From: Vulcanimicrobiota bacterium
GTDB lineage: Bacteria > Vulcanimicrobiota > Vulcanimicrobiia > Vulcanimicrobiales > Vulcanimicrobiaceae
Direction: 5' to 3'
Length of the DNA stretch: 64,000 bases
Assembly: GCA_963733295.1 (NCBI GenBank)
Contig: CAVTCS010000003.1
Coordinates: forward strand, 32,001-96,000
Made by a program: the position numbers and the translations under genes
Part shown: positions 8,472 through 18,962 of the stretch, one piece after another
How positions within the stretch are numbered: the first letter of the stretch is position 1
How the letters are laid out: each line of letters starts with the position of its first letter
The notes under the pieces: generated by a model
The model's input: only the letters and a program-made list of their open reading frames with translations
The model's database searches: none
What the model was told of the DNA's origin: nothing

Positions 8472-9467
8472 ATGCGCGCAATCGTGTGTTCCGGTTACAC
8501 CGGCCCGCGCGATCTCTTTGTGGGCGATGTGCCTGAGCCGGTGGCCGGTCCGGGCCAGGTGCTCATCGAGGTCCACGCGGCCGGCGTCAATTTTCCCGAC
8601 GTGCTGATGACGCAAGGTTTGTACCAAACGAAACCGCCGCTGCCGTTCGTGCCCGGTGTTGAGGCGGCCGGCGTCGTCGTTGCGGCCGGCGACGGCGTCA
8701 CCGCGCCGCGGACCGGCCAGCGCGTGGTCGCCGGCGTTCTCGGCGCGTTCGCGCAGCGCGCAACTGCGCGCGCATCGCATACCGTGGTGCTACCCGACGC
8801 GATCGACTTCGCGACCGCCGCCGGCATGATGATGACCTATGGCACCGCCTATCACGCGCTGGTCGATCGCGCGTTGCTCATGCCTGGCGAAACGCTCCTG
8901 GTCACGGGCGCAGGGGGTGGCGTCGGGGTCGCCGCGGTTGCGATCGGAAAAGCTCTCGGCGCGCGCGTGATCGCGGTCGCGAGTTCGGAGAAGAAGCGCG
9001 CCGCGACGCTCCGTGCGGGAGCCGACGTTGCGCTCGACGCGACGGCGGAGGATTTGGTCGAGCGCATCAAAGCCGAAAGCGACGGTGGCTTCGATGTTGC
9101 GATCGACAACGTCGGCGGCGCGCAGTTCGATGCGGCCCTACGCTCGGCACGTTGGCGAGCCCGTCTGCTCGTCGTTGGATTCGCCTCGGGCACGATTCCG
9201 CAGATTCCCGCGAACCGGCTTCTCCTCAAAGAGCTCGACATTCGCGGTGTTTATTGGGGCGATTGGGTCACGCGCGACCCCGAACCCAACCGCGATAACT
9301 TCGCGGCGCTTTTCGAGCGGATCGAAAAAGGCACGCTTCGCCCGACCGTCGACGCGACGTACGCCTTCGAACAGGCACCGCAAGCCGTACTGGATCTGAT
9401 GGAGCGCCGCTTAGTCGGGAAAGGCATCGTCGTCGTACGCCCAGACGGGCGCGGCGTCGAACGCTAG
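8472..9467 (+). CDS. NADPH:quinone oxidoreductase (zinc-independent MDR family)
   Basis: AAGVNFPD, GLYQ-x-KPPLPFVPG-x-E, GAGGGVG, VGFASG. Confidence 0.93.
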   Translation: MRAIVCSGYTGPRDLFVGDVPEPVAGPGQVLIEVHAAGVNFPDVLMTQGLYQTKPPLPFVPGVEAAGVVVAAGDGVTAPRTGQRVVAGVLGAFAQRATARASHTVVLPDAIDFATAAGMMMTYGTAYHALVDRALLMPGETLLVTGAGGGVGVAAVAIGKALGARVIAVASSEKKRAATLRAGADVALDATAEDLVERIKAESDGGFDVAIDNVGGAQFDAALRSARWRARLLVVGFASGTIPQIPANRLLLKELDIRGVYWGDWVTRDPEPNRDNFAALFERIEKGTLRPTVDATYAFEQAPQAVLDLMERRLVGKGIVVVRPDGRGVER

Positions 9468-9494
9468 ACGGGCCCTCCGCGGATTGCTGCGCCG

Positions 9495-10379
9495 CTACGG
9501 CGACGATGACGGCGACGGAGTTGGTGCCGGCGTCGGCATCGGTGTTGATGTCGGTGCCGGTATCGAACCGCTTGGGCTCGCCGCATCGGCGGGCACCGGC
9601 GAGACGGTCGTGTCGGGCGATTCCGCCGGCGCCGGGCTCGGCGACGACGTCGCTCGGCAAGAGTAGTAGTAGGTCTCGAAAAGGTCGTCGGCGCCGGCCT
9701 TCTCAACGAAGGTTGCCGCTAAGTGATTGCTGTTCGTTTTATCGCCCGGTTGGCGATCGCCGAACTGGTGGCCGTTCGCGAATCGAAATGCCGCCAGTCC
9801 TACCTGTAGCGTGGACCAGGTACTCGCCGCGTCGGTCTTCCTGGTCGCCGATACGATCGTTTCGAACCCGTTCCGGCCGAGCACCATCGCATCGCCTTCG
9901 TAATATTCGTGACCATTGCCGGCTTGCAGACGCAGCATGTAGGCTATCGTTGCGCGCGAGCGATCGAAAACCGGCGGGCGCGCAAAGCCGAGAACGTCGT
10001 TCCAGCCGTTCTGCCGGTAATACCGCGCGATGGAAGCGGCCACGTCATCGAAATTCATGCACTCCCAATCGTCCGGGATCGTAAACCCGCAATTGCAAAA
10101 TTCATACTCGACCGTTCCGATGCGCGTCAAGCGGAGCGTCGCTTCGGTTGTTGGGTCACCGCCACCCAACAGGGCATCCAATTTGTGCGCATCCGCACCG
10201 AGGAGCAACTTCGCGTTCGGCGGCACCGTGAGGATGGCTCCGGAGGACGGAAGGGTGTGCACGCCCGTCACCCAGTGAAGTGCGCTGACGCCGGGGATAT
10301 TCTCGAGAAGTTGAGCTCGCGCGGTAGCGGGCAGCACGAGGGCCGCTGCGAGCATGAGCGCTGTCAGGAGCCGTTTCAC
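9495..10379 (-). CDS. DUF2167-like exported protein with Pro/Ser/Thr-rich tail
   Basis: Signal peptide (ARA-Q); VLGRNG and F-x-x-GHQFGD-x-QPGDK resemble DUF2167; low-complexity C-terminus. Confidence 0.65.
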   Translation of the reverse strand: MKRLLTALMLAAALVLPATARAQLLENIPGVSALHWVTGVHTLPSSGAILTVPPNAKLLLGADAHKLDALLGGGDPTTEATLRLTRIGTVEYEFCNCGFTIPDDWECMNFDDVAASIARYYRQNGWNDVLGFARPPVFDRSRATIAYMLRLQAGNGHEYYEGDAMVLGRNGFETIVSATRKTDAASTWSTLQVGLAAFRFANGHQFGDRQPGDKTNSNHLAATFVEKAGADDLFETYYYSCRATSSPSPAPAESPDTTVSPVPADAASPSGSIPAPTSTPMPTPAPTPSPSSSP

Positions 10380-10490
10380 CGGAAAAACCCCATGGGCGAG
10401 CTCTCCGTTTTGAAGCGATATACTACGTTATCGGTTGGCGCGGCCGTTGTCCAGACGGTTCGCAGTTGATCCACGGCGAACGGAACCGTC

Positions 10491-13295
10491 GTGAGCGCGA
10501 GCTCGGATCCGGCGCCGGCTACCCCGGATCGGCCGCTTCCGAGCGGCACGATCACCTTTGCGTTCACCGATATCGAGGGCAGTACGCAGCGTTGGGAGCG
10601 CGACCGCGCCGCGATGCAGCAGGCGGTGCGCCGGCACGACGCACTCATGCGCGCGGCGATCGTCGCGAACGCCGGTCGCGTCTTTAAGACGATCGGCGAC
10701 GCGTTCTGCGCTGCGTTTTCGCGACCGGAAGACGCCGTCGGCGCGATGTTGGCGGCGCAGCGCTCGCTGGCAGCCGAGGACTTCGGCGCGATCGACGGCT
10801 TGCGGGTGCGGGCGGCGATTCACACTGGGACTGCCGACGAGCGGGATGGCGATTATTTCGGGCCTGCGGTCAACCGCGTCGCGCGGCTGCTCGCTATCGG
10901 CCACGGTGGCCAAGTGCTGCTCTCCGGCGCGACGGCCGATATCGCGCAAAGCGCGCTGGAGTCGCAAGCGAGTCTTCGCGACTTAGGCGAGCACCGGCTG
11001 AAGGATCTCGCGCGTCCGGAGAGAGTGTACCAGCTCGTTGCACCCGATCTCCTAGCCGAATTTCCGCCGCTGCGCTCGCTCGATGCACTCAAGAATAACT
11101 TACCGCGAGTGCTGACGACATTCGTCGGCCGGGAGAAGGAGCTCGCAGAAATCACGGCGCTGCTCGAAGAGCACCAACTCGTGACGCTGGTCGGCTCCGG
11201 CGGAATCGGCAAGACCCGCGCCTCCCTGCAGGTCGCCGCGAACTTGCTCGACGGTTCGGGCGACGGCGTGTGGTTCATCGAGCTGGCACCCCTTGCGAGC
11301 GGCGACTACGTCGCTTCGGCGGTTGCACAAGCCATGGGTCTCGGGCTCGCTTCGAACGGAGATCCGGTCGAGAATCTCGCGCGTGCCCTCGAATCCAAAC
11401 ACGCGCTGCTCGTCTTCGACAACTGCGAGCACCTCATCGAAGCGGCCGCGCGCGTCATTGCGACGCTCTTGCGCGCTTGCCCGAAGGTGAAGATCCTCGC
11501 ATCGAGCCGGCAGAGTTTGGGGATCGCCGGTGAGGCTGCGTACCGGGTGCCGTCCCTCACCGTTCCAGACCAAGTGGATGCGACACAGCTGAGCGCCCAA
11601 GACACCGCGCGCTATGCGGCGATGGCGCTCTTCGTCGAGCGCGCGTGCGCCGCCGACAACCGCTTCGCATTGACGGATGACAACGCGCCCACGATCGCCG
11701 ACATCTGTCGCAGACTCGATGGTATTCCACTCGCTATCGAACTGGCCGCTGCGCGCGTGAAGATCCTGAGCCCGCGACAGCTGCGCGAGCGACTCGACGA
11801 ACGCTTTCGCGTGCTCACCGGCGGCAACCGCGACGTGTTGCCACGGCAGCAAACGCTGCGCGCGCTGATCGATTGGAGCCACGACCTGCTCGACGAGCGA
11901 GAACGTACGCTCTTTCGCCGGCTCGGCATCTTCGTCAACGGCTTCACGCTCGAGGGCGTCGTCGCGGTCGGCAGCGGGACGGGGCTCGATGAGTTTGACG
12001 TTCTCGATGTACTCGCGTCGCTGGTCGACAAGTCGCTGGTGCTCGCCGAAGCTGAGGGCGATGCGCTCCGGTACCGGTTGCTCGAGTCGACGCGGGTGTA
12101 TGCGCGGGAGAAGCTCGAAGCCGCGGGCGAGCGCGAGACGTGCAGCGCTCGACACCTGCGCTACATGCGCGACAGGTTCGTCGCAGCACGCGCACACGCC
12201 GAGCAAACGGCGCGGCTCGCCGAATTGGACGAGGCGCTACGGACCGAACTCGAAGACGCGCGCGTTGCGCTCGATTGGGCGGTGAACGGCCAGAACGCGG
12301 CTGTGGGCGGCGAACTCCTGGCTGCGATCGGCAGCAGGTGGGGCGGCGGCATCGCCCTCGAGCGTGAAGGTCTTGCGCGGCTCGAGGCGTTCGCGACGGC
12401 ACTGCGTGCCGACGATTCGGCTCTGGTCTCTCGTCTCTGGTCCGTCACCTCGGTGCTCGCGATGAACTCGGGCCTGACGGCGCGCGCCTTCGCGGCAGCG
12501 ACGCAAGCGGTCGTTCTTGCGCGGGCGTGCGGCGAGCCGCTGACGCTCGCCGAGGCGCTGGACGCCTACGCGTGGGGCGCAATGCGGTCGGGAAAGTTTG
12601 ACGACGCGGAGGCGGCGCTTTCCGAAGCCGAAGCGATCCCGGGCGGCTCGACATTTTTCCGTCTCCGGCTGCTTCAAGCCCGCTCGTACCTGAGCCACCA
12701 ACGCGGCGATCTCGAAACTGCGGTGCGCGCAAACGAACAACTCCGTGAGGCCCATCGTACGCTCGGGAACGCGGCTGCCGAGCGAATTTACGCGCTCAAC
12801 CTGGCGGAACTCGAGCATGCGCGCGGCCGGACCGAGCGGGCGATTGCGCTCGTGCGCGAGACGCTGCCGGCAGCACGAGCCAATGCCGATCGAAGCACGC
12901 TCGCGAATGTGCTGACGAATCTCGCGGGCTACTTCGCCGCGGTCGACGATCTTCCCGAAGCGCGCGCGGCAGCCCGTGAAGCGATCCTTGAATTCGCAGC
13001 GCGCGACGCGGGTGGCGCGGGTTTGGCGATCGCCATCCAGCATCTGTCATTGACGCTCGCGCTCGGCGGCGACCTCACGCGCGCCGCGACGCTTACCGGC
13101 TACGGTGACGCCGCGTTGCGCCGCCACGGCTTCGAGCGCGAATTCACCGAGACCAAGACGCGCGATCGCCTCAACGCGGTCCTAAGCGAGGGGATCGCGC
13201 CGCCCGAACTCGGACGGCTGCTCGCCGAAGGCGCGGCGCTTACGCCGGAAGCAGCGGTAGCTCTCGCGCTCGGTGCACTTCGGCCAAAGGTTTAA
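10491..13295 (+). CDS. Class III adenylate/guanylate cyclase - STAND-type ATPase - TPR-like protein
   Basis: FTDIEGST, FKTIGDAF, DYFGPAVNRVARL; Walker A GSGGIGKT, DNCEHL, LDGIPLAIELAAAR, RQQTLRALIDWS. Confidence 0.93.
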   Translation: MSASSDPAPATPDRPLPSGTITFAFTDIEGSTQRWERDRAAMQQAVRRHDALMRAAIVANAGRVFKTIGDAFCAAFSRPEDAVGAMLAAQRSLAAEDFGAIDGLRVRAAIHTGTADERDGDYFGPAVNRVARLLAIGHGGQVLLSGATADIAQSALESQASLRDLGEHRLKDLARPERVYQLVAPDLLAEFPPLRSLDALKNNLPRVLTTFVGREKELAEITALLEEHQLVTLVGSGGIGKTRASLQVAANLLDGSGDGVWFIELAPLASGDYVASAVAQAMGLGLASNGDPVENLARALESKHALLVFDNCEHLIEAAARVIATLLRACPKVKILASSRQSLGIAGEAAYRVPSLTVPDQVDATQLSAQDTARYAAMALFVERACAADNRFALTDDNAPTIADICRRLDGIPLAIELAAARVKILSPRQLRERLDERFRVLTGGNRDVLPRQQTLRALIDWSHDLLDERERTLFRRLGIFVNGFTLEGVVAVGSGTGLDEFDVLDVLASLVDKSLVLAEAEGDALRYRLLESTRVYAREKLEAAGERETCSARHLRYMRDRFVAARAHAEQTARLAELDEALRTELEDARVALDWAVNGQNAAVGGELLAAIGSRWGGGIALEREGLARLEAFATALRADDSALVSRLWSVTSVLAMNSGLTARAFAAATQAVVLARACGEPLTLAEALDAYAWGAMRSGKFDDAEAALSEAEAIPGGSTFFRLRLLQARSYLSHQRGDLETAVRANEQLREAHRTLGNAAAERIYALNLAELEHARGRTERAIALVRETLPAARANADRSTLANVLTNLAGYFAAVDDLPEARAAAREAILEFAARDAGGAGLAIAIQHLSLTLALGGDLTRAATLTGYGDAALRRHGFEREFTETKTRDRLNAVLSEGIAPPELGRLLAEGAALTPEAAVALALGALRPKV

Positions 13296-13296
13296 G

Positions 13297-13704
13297 CTAG
13301 GCTCTGGTTGCCGTGAAAGTCCCGGTTACGCCCGGCCGAGCCGACATCGTCCACGTGCCGTGAATGACGTGGGCGGAGACCAATGTCCCGTGCAGAGTCA
13401 CGACCGTCGTAATGCCTCGCGCATTGGTGGCGATGACATGGCACTGCCACAAAATTCTCGGGCCGTTGACGTTGCCGGCAGCGGCTCCGCCGCCGGTCGG
13501 GCCGGTGCACGACCCCGCGACGGTATCTCCGGACTGCCTCAGGGTGCAGACCGCGCTGAGTTCGGTGACGACTCTGCCTCCCATGACCCCAGAAACGCTC
13601 CACAACCCGGCGAAGTCAGCGGCGCTCGCCGGTAGTGGGGCGGCCACGAAAAGCGCAAACCCCACCAAAACGAACGTACGGCATAATTTTACGATCGCGC
13701 TCAT
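13297..13704 (-). CDS. Small exported beta-rich hypothetical protein
   Basis: Signal peptide ending ASA-ADFAGLW; GTW and GTFTATR end motif; start set at ATG 13704. Confidence 0.7.
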   Translation of the reverse strand: MSAIVKLCRTFVLVGFALFVAAPLPASAADFAGLWSVSGVMGGRVVTELSAVCTLRQSGDTVAGSCTGPTGGGAAAGNVNGPRILWQCHVIATNARGITTVVTLHGTLVSAHVIHGTWTMSARPGVTGTFTATRA

Positions 13705-13756
13705 AGCCGCAACCTCACATAAGTTAATTGCTGTATTTTTCGGCAATCTCGACGGA

Positions 13757-15181
13757 TCACCTCGCTTTCCCCGCGATCGTGGACTTTAGGATCACTTGCC
13801 CGTATGGTACGAACGTATCGAGGGTGTAGTAGAACGTCGTGGTCACGACGCCATTCGCGTCGCGCGAATTCGTGGTCCAACCGGCGATAAAATACGGTCC
13901 GTAGTCGCCGCCGGTCTGCGCGCCCGGATTCTGTTCCGGCGGATTCGGTGCACCGGGCGGACAGTTCTTGCCGTTCTGCGAGTGGATATAGTAACACAAG
14001 CCCTTGTCTCGGGCTGCATTGAAGATCGTCTGAGGCGGACTCCAAGGCCCCTCCGCGCTCGGCGCCATCCGCAGCTGAATTCCGCCAAGCTGCGCACTCT
14101 TGCAGTTGTAGAGCATCATCCACTGATGCAGGTCCGCATTGTATTCCACGCCCAGCTCGCCCATGCAAGGCGGCTCCTCTCGAAAGAGCGGCGTGGCCTC
14201 TGACTCGTCAGCGCGTTTCCAGAGACCCGGATTTTCCGTCGTTTGCACCCAGTATTCGATGCCGGCCGGTCGCCCGTTCGCGCCGTTTTCGATGTCTTGC
14301 GGCAGCATGCGCGCAAGGCGTACGTAGCTGTGACGGTAGCACTCGGCGGCGGCGCCGCAGGGTTGCGCTCCCGCCACTTGAGGGCCGCCGGTGGTTCCAA
14401 AGAAGTAGAGATACCCGTCAGGGCCCGGCGCCATGGCAACCTGAATGAATCTCCCCGCGCGCGAAAGCGGCTCGCCCGGCGCGGGGCCCGAGAACGTGTA
14501 CAGACCGGTGAATTGGAGCTGATCCTGTTTGTCGAGCCGTGCGAGGACCGTTGTGAGGGGACTCCCCAAACACGTGAGGTTCCCTGTTTCCCGGCACGTC
14601 TCGGGAGTATTCGTGTCCTGCGGATTGTTCGTTCCGAAAAGAACGTACGCGTTGCCCTTCACGTCTATTCCCGAAAACGGGGCTTCGTTGGTCCGCAGCG
14701 GAACCTGCTTTCCGTCGTACGCAAGCGATGGACTCGCGAACGCACCGACGGCGGGACTCGTCTGTTTGATAAACTGAAGGTTCGGACAGGTTCCCGCGGG
14801 CGTCTGCGCAGCGAATGCGATCGCGTCGTTGTCGAGGTTGGAAGTACTGCTGCTGGGACCCCAGCGGTTGTGCGTGTTGTCGGTGAAGTTGTTGTGAGGT
14901 CCACGTTGCGGAAAGAATTTCGTCGGTTGCGCGTCACCGAAGAGAAACCAGAGTTTCCCTTGATGGACGAACGAGTAGCCACGATCTGCCGCGAGCAAGC
15001 CGTACTCTTGCGCCGGCGTCTTGTTGGCCAATCCGGTAAGCTGGCAAACCTCCTGCGTCGAGCCGGGCACGTAGGTGAGCGCAGCGCTCGGGTACGCAAG
15101 CGATCCCGGAACGCGCAGAGAGGCTGCGAGAAGAACGGCAAGCGCCACAATGATGAGCGCGTCACGCGTTTGTCGAATCAT
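13757..15181 (-). CDS. DUF4185-like exported beta-propeller protein
   Basis: DRGYSF-x-x-x-GKLWFLFGD, GELGVEYN...WMMLY, GPWS, GGDYGPY; signal peptide from ATG 15181. Confidence 0.75.
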   Translation of the reverse strand: MIRQTRDALIIVALAVLLAASLRVPGSLAYPSAALTYVPGSTQEVCQLTGLANKTPAQEYGLLAADRGYSFVHQGKLWFLFGDAQPTKFFPQRGPHNNFTDNTHNRWGPSSSTSNLDNDAIAFAAQTPAGTCPNLQFIKQTSPAVGAFASPSLAYDGKQVPLRTNEAPFSGIDVKGNAYVLFGTNNPQDTNTPETCRETGNLTCLGSPLTTVLARLDKQDQLQFTGLYTFSGPAPGEPLSRAGRFIQVAMAPGPDGYLYFFGTTGGPQVAGAQPCGAAAECYRHSYVRLARMLPQDIENGANGRPAGIEYWVQTTENPGLWKRADESEATPLFREEPPCMGELGVEYNADLHQWMMLYNCKSAQLGGIQLRMAPSAEGPWSPPQTIFNAARDKGLCYYIHSQNGKNCPPGAPNPPEQNPGAQTGGDYGPYFIAGWTTNSRDANGVVTTTFYYTLDTFVPYGQVILKSTIAGKAR

Positions 15182-15330
15182 GCGATCACGAACTCCGCAG
15201 ATGCTCCATGGTTTCCTCGACGGCGATGTCCAACTCCTGGCGCAGCGTGGGTCTGTGAAGGTGCGGAGGATTATAAACACCGCGGTGCTGAACGACTGCA
15301 CCAACTACCCGCCCGAAAAGGCAACGGTCG

Positions 15331-16185
15331 ATGATAATTCGATTCCGATTGCTCGCAATGCTCGGTTTCGTTTCGCTGGCCGGAACGAACCCGGGCGCCG
15401 CTGCCACAGTCTCGACTCATGGGGCCGCCCCGGTCCCCATAGCGCAACTCTCAGTGAGTGCTCGCACGACGTTGCCGGACGCGACGATGATCGAACTGAA
15501 ACCGGGCCTCAACGTTTCCCTTGGGACGCTGCGAGCGCAGCACCGCAACCGAATGGCTCGCTTCGCCGCCGCGACGCAGTTAGGAAATCAAGCGTACGCG
15601 GTCGCGATGAGTGCGGACGAATCGAAGGCGAAACGCACCACGCACCACGGGCCTAAGCTGACGCTGCTGCCGATCGCCTCGGCCACCTGGAACGCGGTGC
15701 CGTGGACCGGCGTCCCCGGCTCGCACTGGGCTCCCGACTATACCGCCTTTTGCAAGGCCGCGAAGGCGTCGATCTGTCTTTACGTTCCGCAAGCGAGTTA
15801 CGCCCTCGGCGCGACGTTGGCGCCCGCGGGCGGCGCTTTCACCGACATCGATATGCTGATCACGGACAAGGGCATCTGTTCGGATGAGGGCGGGACGCTG
15901 TACTCCAAAGGCGGAGTCGTGCTGGGCTGCCTATTTTTCTATCCGAACGGCTTCAACGTGCAGTACTTCGCCGGCAACCCGCCATCGGCTACAGCAAACA
16001 CCAAGGCCTGTTCGTCGAAAGGCTTTACGAAGGTAATCGACCCGCACGGCGGTGCCGCGATCACGTTGAGCCAGCTCTATCTGGGATATCCGTGGGGTGG
16101 ATCTTCGGCGAAAACCGTCACGTGTGCGATTTCGATCATGGTGCCGTCCGGGCAACCGAAGCCGCTTCCGACTCCAGTGCTCTAA
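15331..16185 (+). CDS. Hypothetical exported Cys-containing protein
   Basis: Signal peptide; six Cys; directly upstream of the second cyclase-ATPase gene. Confidence 0.7.
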   Translation: MIIRFRLLAMLGFVSLAGTNPGAAATVSTHGAAPVPIAQLSVSARTTLPDATMIELKPGLNVSLGTLRAQHRNRMARFAAATQLGNQAYAVAMSADESKAKRTTHHGPKLTLLPIASATWNAVPWTGVPGSHWAPDYTAFCKAAKASICLYVPQASYALGATLAPAGGAFTDIDMLITDKGICSDEGGTLYSKGGVVLGCLFFYPNGFNVQYFAGNPPSATANTKACSSKGFTKVIDPHGGAAITLSQLYLGYPWGGSSAKTVTCAISIMVPSGQPKPLPTPVL

Positions 16186-16215
16186 CACCGGGGACGTGAC
16201 CTGGATACGCCGCTC

Positions 16216-18948
16216 GTGACGACTGGTCCGAACACGCTCCCTACGGGTACCGTGAGTTTCCTTTTCACCGACATCGAAGGTAGCACGGCGCGCTGGGAGA
16301 CGTACGGCGACGCGATGCGGATCGCAGTGCAACGGCACGACGCGCTCCTGCGTGAGGCGATCGTCGAGCATCGCGGCTACGTGTTCAAGACCATCGGCGA
16401 CGCTTTTTGTGCGGCTTTTCATACGACCGCGGACGCGGTCGCCGCCGCGTATCGCGCGCAGCGCGAGTTTCATAGCGCCGATTGGACCGAGGTTGACGGC
16501 GTCCGCGTGCGCATGTCGCTCCACGCCGGTTCGGTCGAATCCCGCGATGGCGACTATTTCGGCCGGCCGCTGAACAAAGTCGCGCGTCTGCTCGCGATCG
16601 CGCACGGCGGTCAGGTCGTGCTGACGGGCGCGGCTGCCGAGCTGGTTGCGGACGCGCTGCCCGAAGGCGTCTCGCTCCAGCATCTCGGTCAGCATCGGCT
16701 TAAAGATCTCGAGATTCCCGAGCACGTGTACCAGCTCGCCGGTCCGGACATTCCCTCGACCTTCCCCCCGCTCCGATCGCTCGAGTCAAATCGCAACAAT
16801 CTCCCGGTTCAACTCACCAGCTTCATCGGTCGCGAGCGTGAGATCGAAGAACTGCGCGAGCCGCTCAACGCCTCGCATCTGCTCACGCTCGTCGGGCCTG
16901 GCGGCGTCGGCAAAACGCGCCTGGCGCTGCAGCTGGCGGCCGAAGCACTCGATCGCTACCCCGACGGAGTCTGGTTTATCGAACTCTCGCCGATCGTCAA
17001 TCCCGACGCTATCGCGGACGCGACGGCGACGGTTCTTTCGCTCCGCGTCAACGCCAAGGAACCGGTCGCGAACTCGATCGTTCGCGACCTTCGTGGCAAA
17101 CAGAGCCTGTTGATCTTCGACAGTTGCGAGCACCTCGTCGCTCCGGCGGCGGATCTCGTCGCAACCGTGCTTCAGGCCGGCCCCGGCGTTCGCGTCCTCG
17201 CGACCTCGCGCGAGCCGCTTCACGTTCCCGGCGAGCGCGTTCACCACATTTCGGTGCTCGACGAAACGAGCGCCGTGCGGCTGTTCGTCGAGCGCGCGCA
17301 GGACGCGGCGCCGAGCTTTGAGTTGACCGAACACAATGCGGCAGCCGTCGGAGACATCTGCCGCCGGCTCGATGGAATTGCGCTCGCGATCGAGCTGGCG
17401 GCTACGAAGGTTGCCGTCCTCAGTCCGCAGCAGCTGCTGCAGCGGCTGAACGAACGCTTCCGGCTGCTCGCCGGTGGAAGCCGAACGGTGCTGCCGCGTC
17501 AACAAACGCTTCGCGCGCTGATCGATTGGAGCTACGATCTGCTCGACGAGCACGAGCGGCTCGTCTTCAGGCGGCTCGCTGTTTTCGCCGGCAGCTTTTC
17601 GCTGGACGCTGCGAGCGCGATTTGCGCCGACGAAGCCGTGGACGAATGGCAGGTCTTCGAACTGCTGGCGACCTTGGTCTCGAAATCGCTCGTCGTCGCC
17701 GAGCCGGCGGGCGACGAACGCCGCTACCGCCTCTTGGATTCGATGCGCGACTATGCGCGCGAGCGCCTGGAAAAAGCTGCAGAAACGGCGACGGTCGCTG
17801 CGCGCTACGCGCGATACTATGAAGCGCTGACGGAACGCGTCGAGCGCGAGACCGACGACCAAGCCGAGTGGCGGCAGAAGCTCGAGCCCGAAGTCGACAA
17901 CCTTCGTGCCGTTCTCGACGCGGCTTTTCGTTCGGATGGCGATCCCGGCGCCGGTCTTCGGATGCTGACCCATCTCGAACTTGCGCCCCTCATCGTCACG
18001 CCGCAGGAGTCTTCGCGCTGGTTTTCCGCCGGCGTCTCGGCGCTTCGCGGCGACGAGAATCCTGCGGTCGCGTCCCGAGTGTTGAACTCGCACGCTTATG
18101 CGCTCTGGTATGCGGGTGCCTCACTCAAAGAGCGCTTTGCAACCGCCGAACGCATGGTTGCGGTAGCAACTGCGTCGGGAGACCCCGAGCTGATCGTTCC
18201 TGCGTTGACGCGCGTCGCGAGTTGTTTGAGCGATAGTGGCCGGCTGGAAGAAGCAGCGGCAAAATATCTCGAGGCCGGCGAAAGGGCCGCGGGCTGCAGT
18301 TCCAAGACGGTCGCGTCGCTGCAGCGAAGTTGGGGCGTCAACGACCTGCAGCGCGGCGATTTCGAAAGCGCGCGCCGGCGCTTCACGCGCGTTACCGAGC
18401 TCGAGGGCCCCGGCAGCGAAGGGCGGGGCAGCGCGCTGCTCAATCTCGCCGAAGTCGAATTCGCGTGCGGGGATTCGGAAGCCGCACTGCAATCGGCCCG
18501 CCAAGCAAGGCAGATCTTCGGGAAACTGAATGCGCCGTGGCTCGCGCTTTTAGCTTGCAACCTAGGTGCCTATGCGCTCGCGGCGGACCGGCTCGATGAG
18601 GCCACCGAGGCTTTGCGCGAAGCGCTCGATCTGCTCGTGAAATCGGGAGCCGCGTGGCTGACAACGGCGCTCGAACATCATGCGCTGCTCGCCGCGCTCC
18701 GCAACGACAACGAACGCGCCGCACTCCTGCTCGGTTACACGCAAGAGCACTACCGGCTAACCGGCAAGCAGCGCCAAACGACCGAACTGCGGGGCTTTAC
18801 GCGTCTCTCGCAGCTGTTGCAAGAGCGACTGGCAGCAGACGAGCTCGAGCGCCTCCTCTCGACCGGCGCGGCCCAAAAGGAAGGAGACGCTCTCTCAAAC
18901 GCCCTAGCCGTTCAGCAGCTGGCGGGCGGCAGTGCGTCCCCAGCCTAA
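16216..18948 (+). CDS. Class III adenylate/guanylate cyclase - STAND-type ATPase - TPR-like protein (paralog 2)
   Basis: FTDIEGST, FKTIGDAF, DYFGRPLNKVARL; GPGGVGKT, DSCEHL, LDGIALAIELAA. Confidence 0.93.
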   Translation: MTTGPNTLPTGTVSFLFTDIEGSTARWETYGDAMRIAVQRHDALLREAIVEHRGYVFKTIGDAFCAAFHTTADAVAAAYRAQREFHSADWTEVDGVRVRMSLHAGSVESRDGDYFGRPLNKVARLLAIAHGGQVVLTGAAAELVADALPEGVSLQHLGQHRLKDLEIPEHVYQLAGPDIPSTFPPLRSLESNRNNLPVQLTSFIGREREIEELREPLNASHLLTLVGPGGVGKTRLALQLAAEALDRYPDGVWFIELSPIVNPDAIADATATVLSLRVNAKEPVANSIVRDLRGKQSLLIFDSCEHLVAPAADLVATVLQAGPGVRVLATSREPLHVPGERVHHISVLDETSAVRLFVERAQDAAPSFELTEHNAAAVGDICRRLDGIALAIELAATKVAVLSPQQLLQRLNERFRLLAGGSRTVLPRQQTLRALIDWSYDLLDEHERLVFRRLAVFAGSFSLDAASAICADEAVDEWQVFELLATLVSKSLVVAEPAGDERRYRLLDSMRDYARERLEKAAETATVAARYARYYEALTERVERETDDQAEWRQKLEPEVDNLRAVLDAAFRSDGDPGAGLRMLTHLELAPLIVTPQESSRWFSAGVSALRGDENPAVASRVLNSHAYALWYAGASLKERFATAERMVAVATASGDPELIVPALTRVASCLSDSGRLEEAAAKYLEAGERAAGCSSKTVASLQRSWGVNDLQRGDFESARRRFTRVTELEGPGSEGRGSALLNLAEVEFACGDSEAALQSARQARQIFGKLNAPWLALLACNLGAYALAADRLDEATEALREALDLLVKSGAAWLTTALEHHALLAALRNDNERAALLLGYTQEHYRLTGKQRQTTELRGFTRLSQLLQERLAADELERLLSTGAAQKEGDALSNALAVQQLAGGSASPA

Positions 18949-18962
18949 CGGAGGTACTCTGA

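Noticed and set aside
16786..18093. 435-aa antisense ORF
   Set aside because: Shadow of a GC-rich real gene; no motifs.
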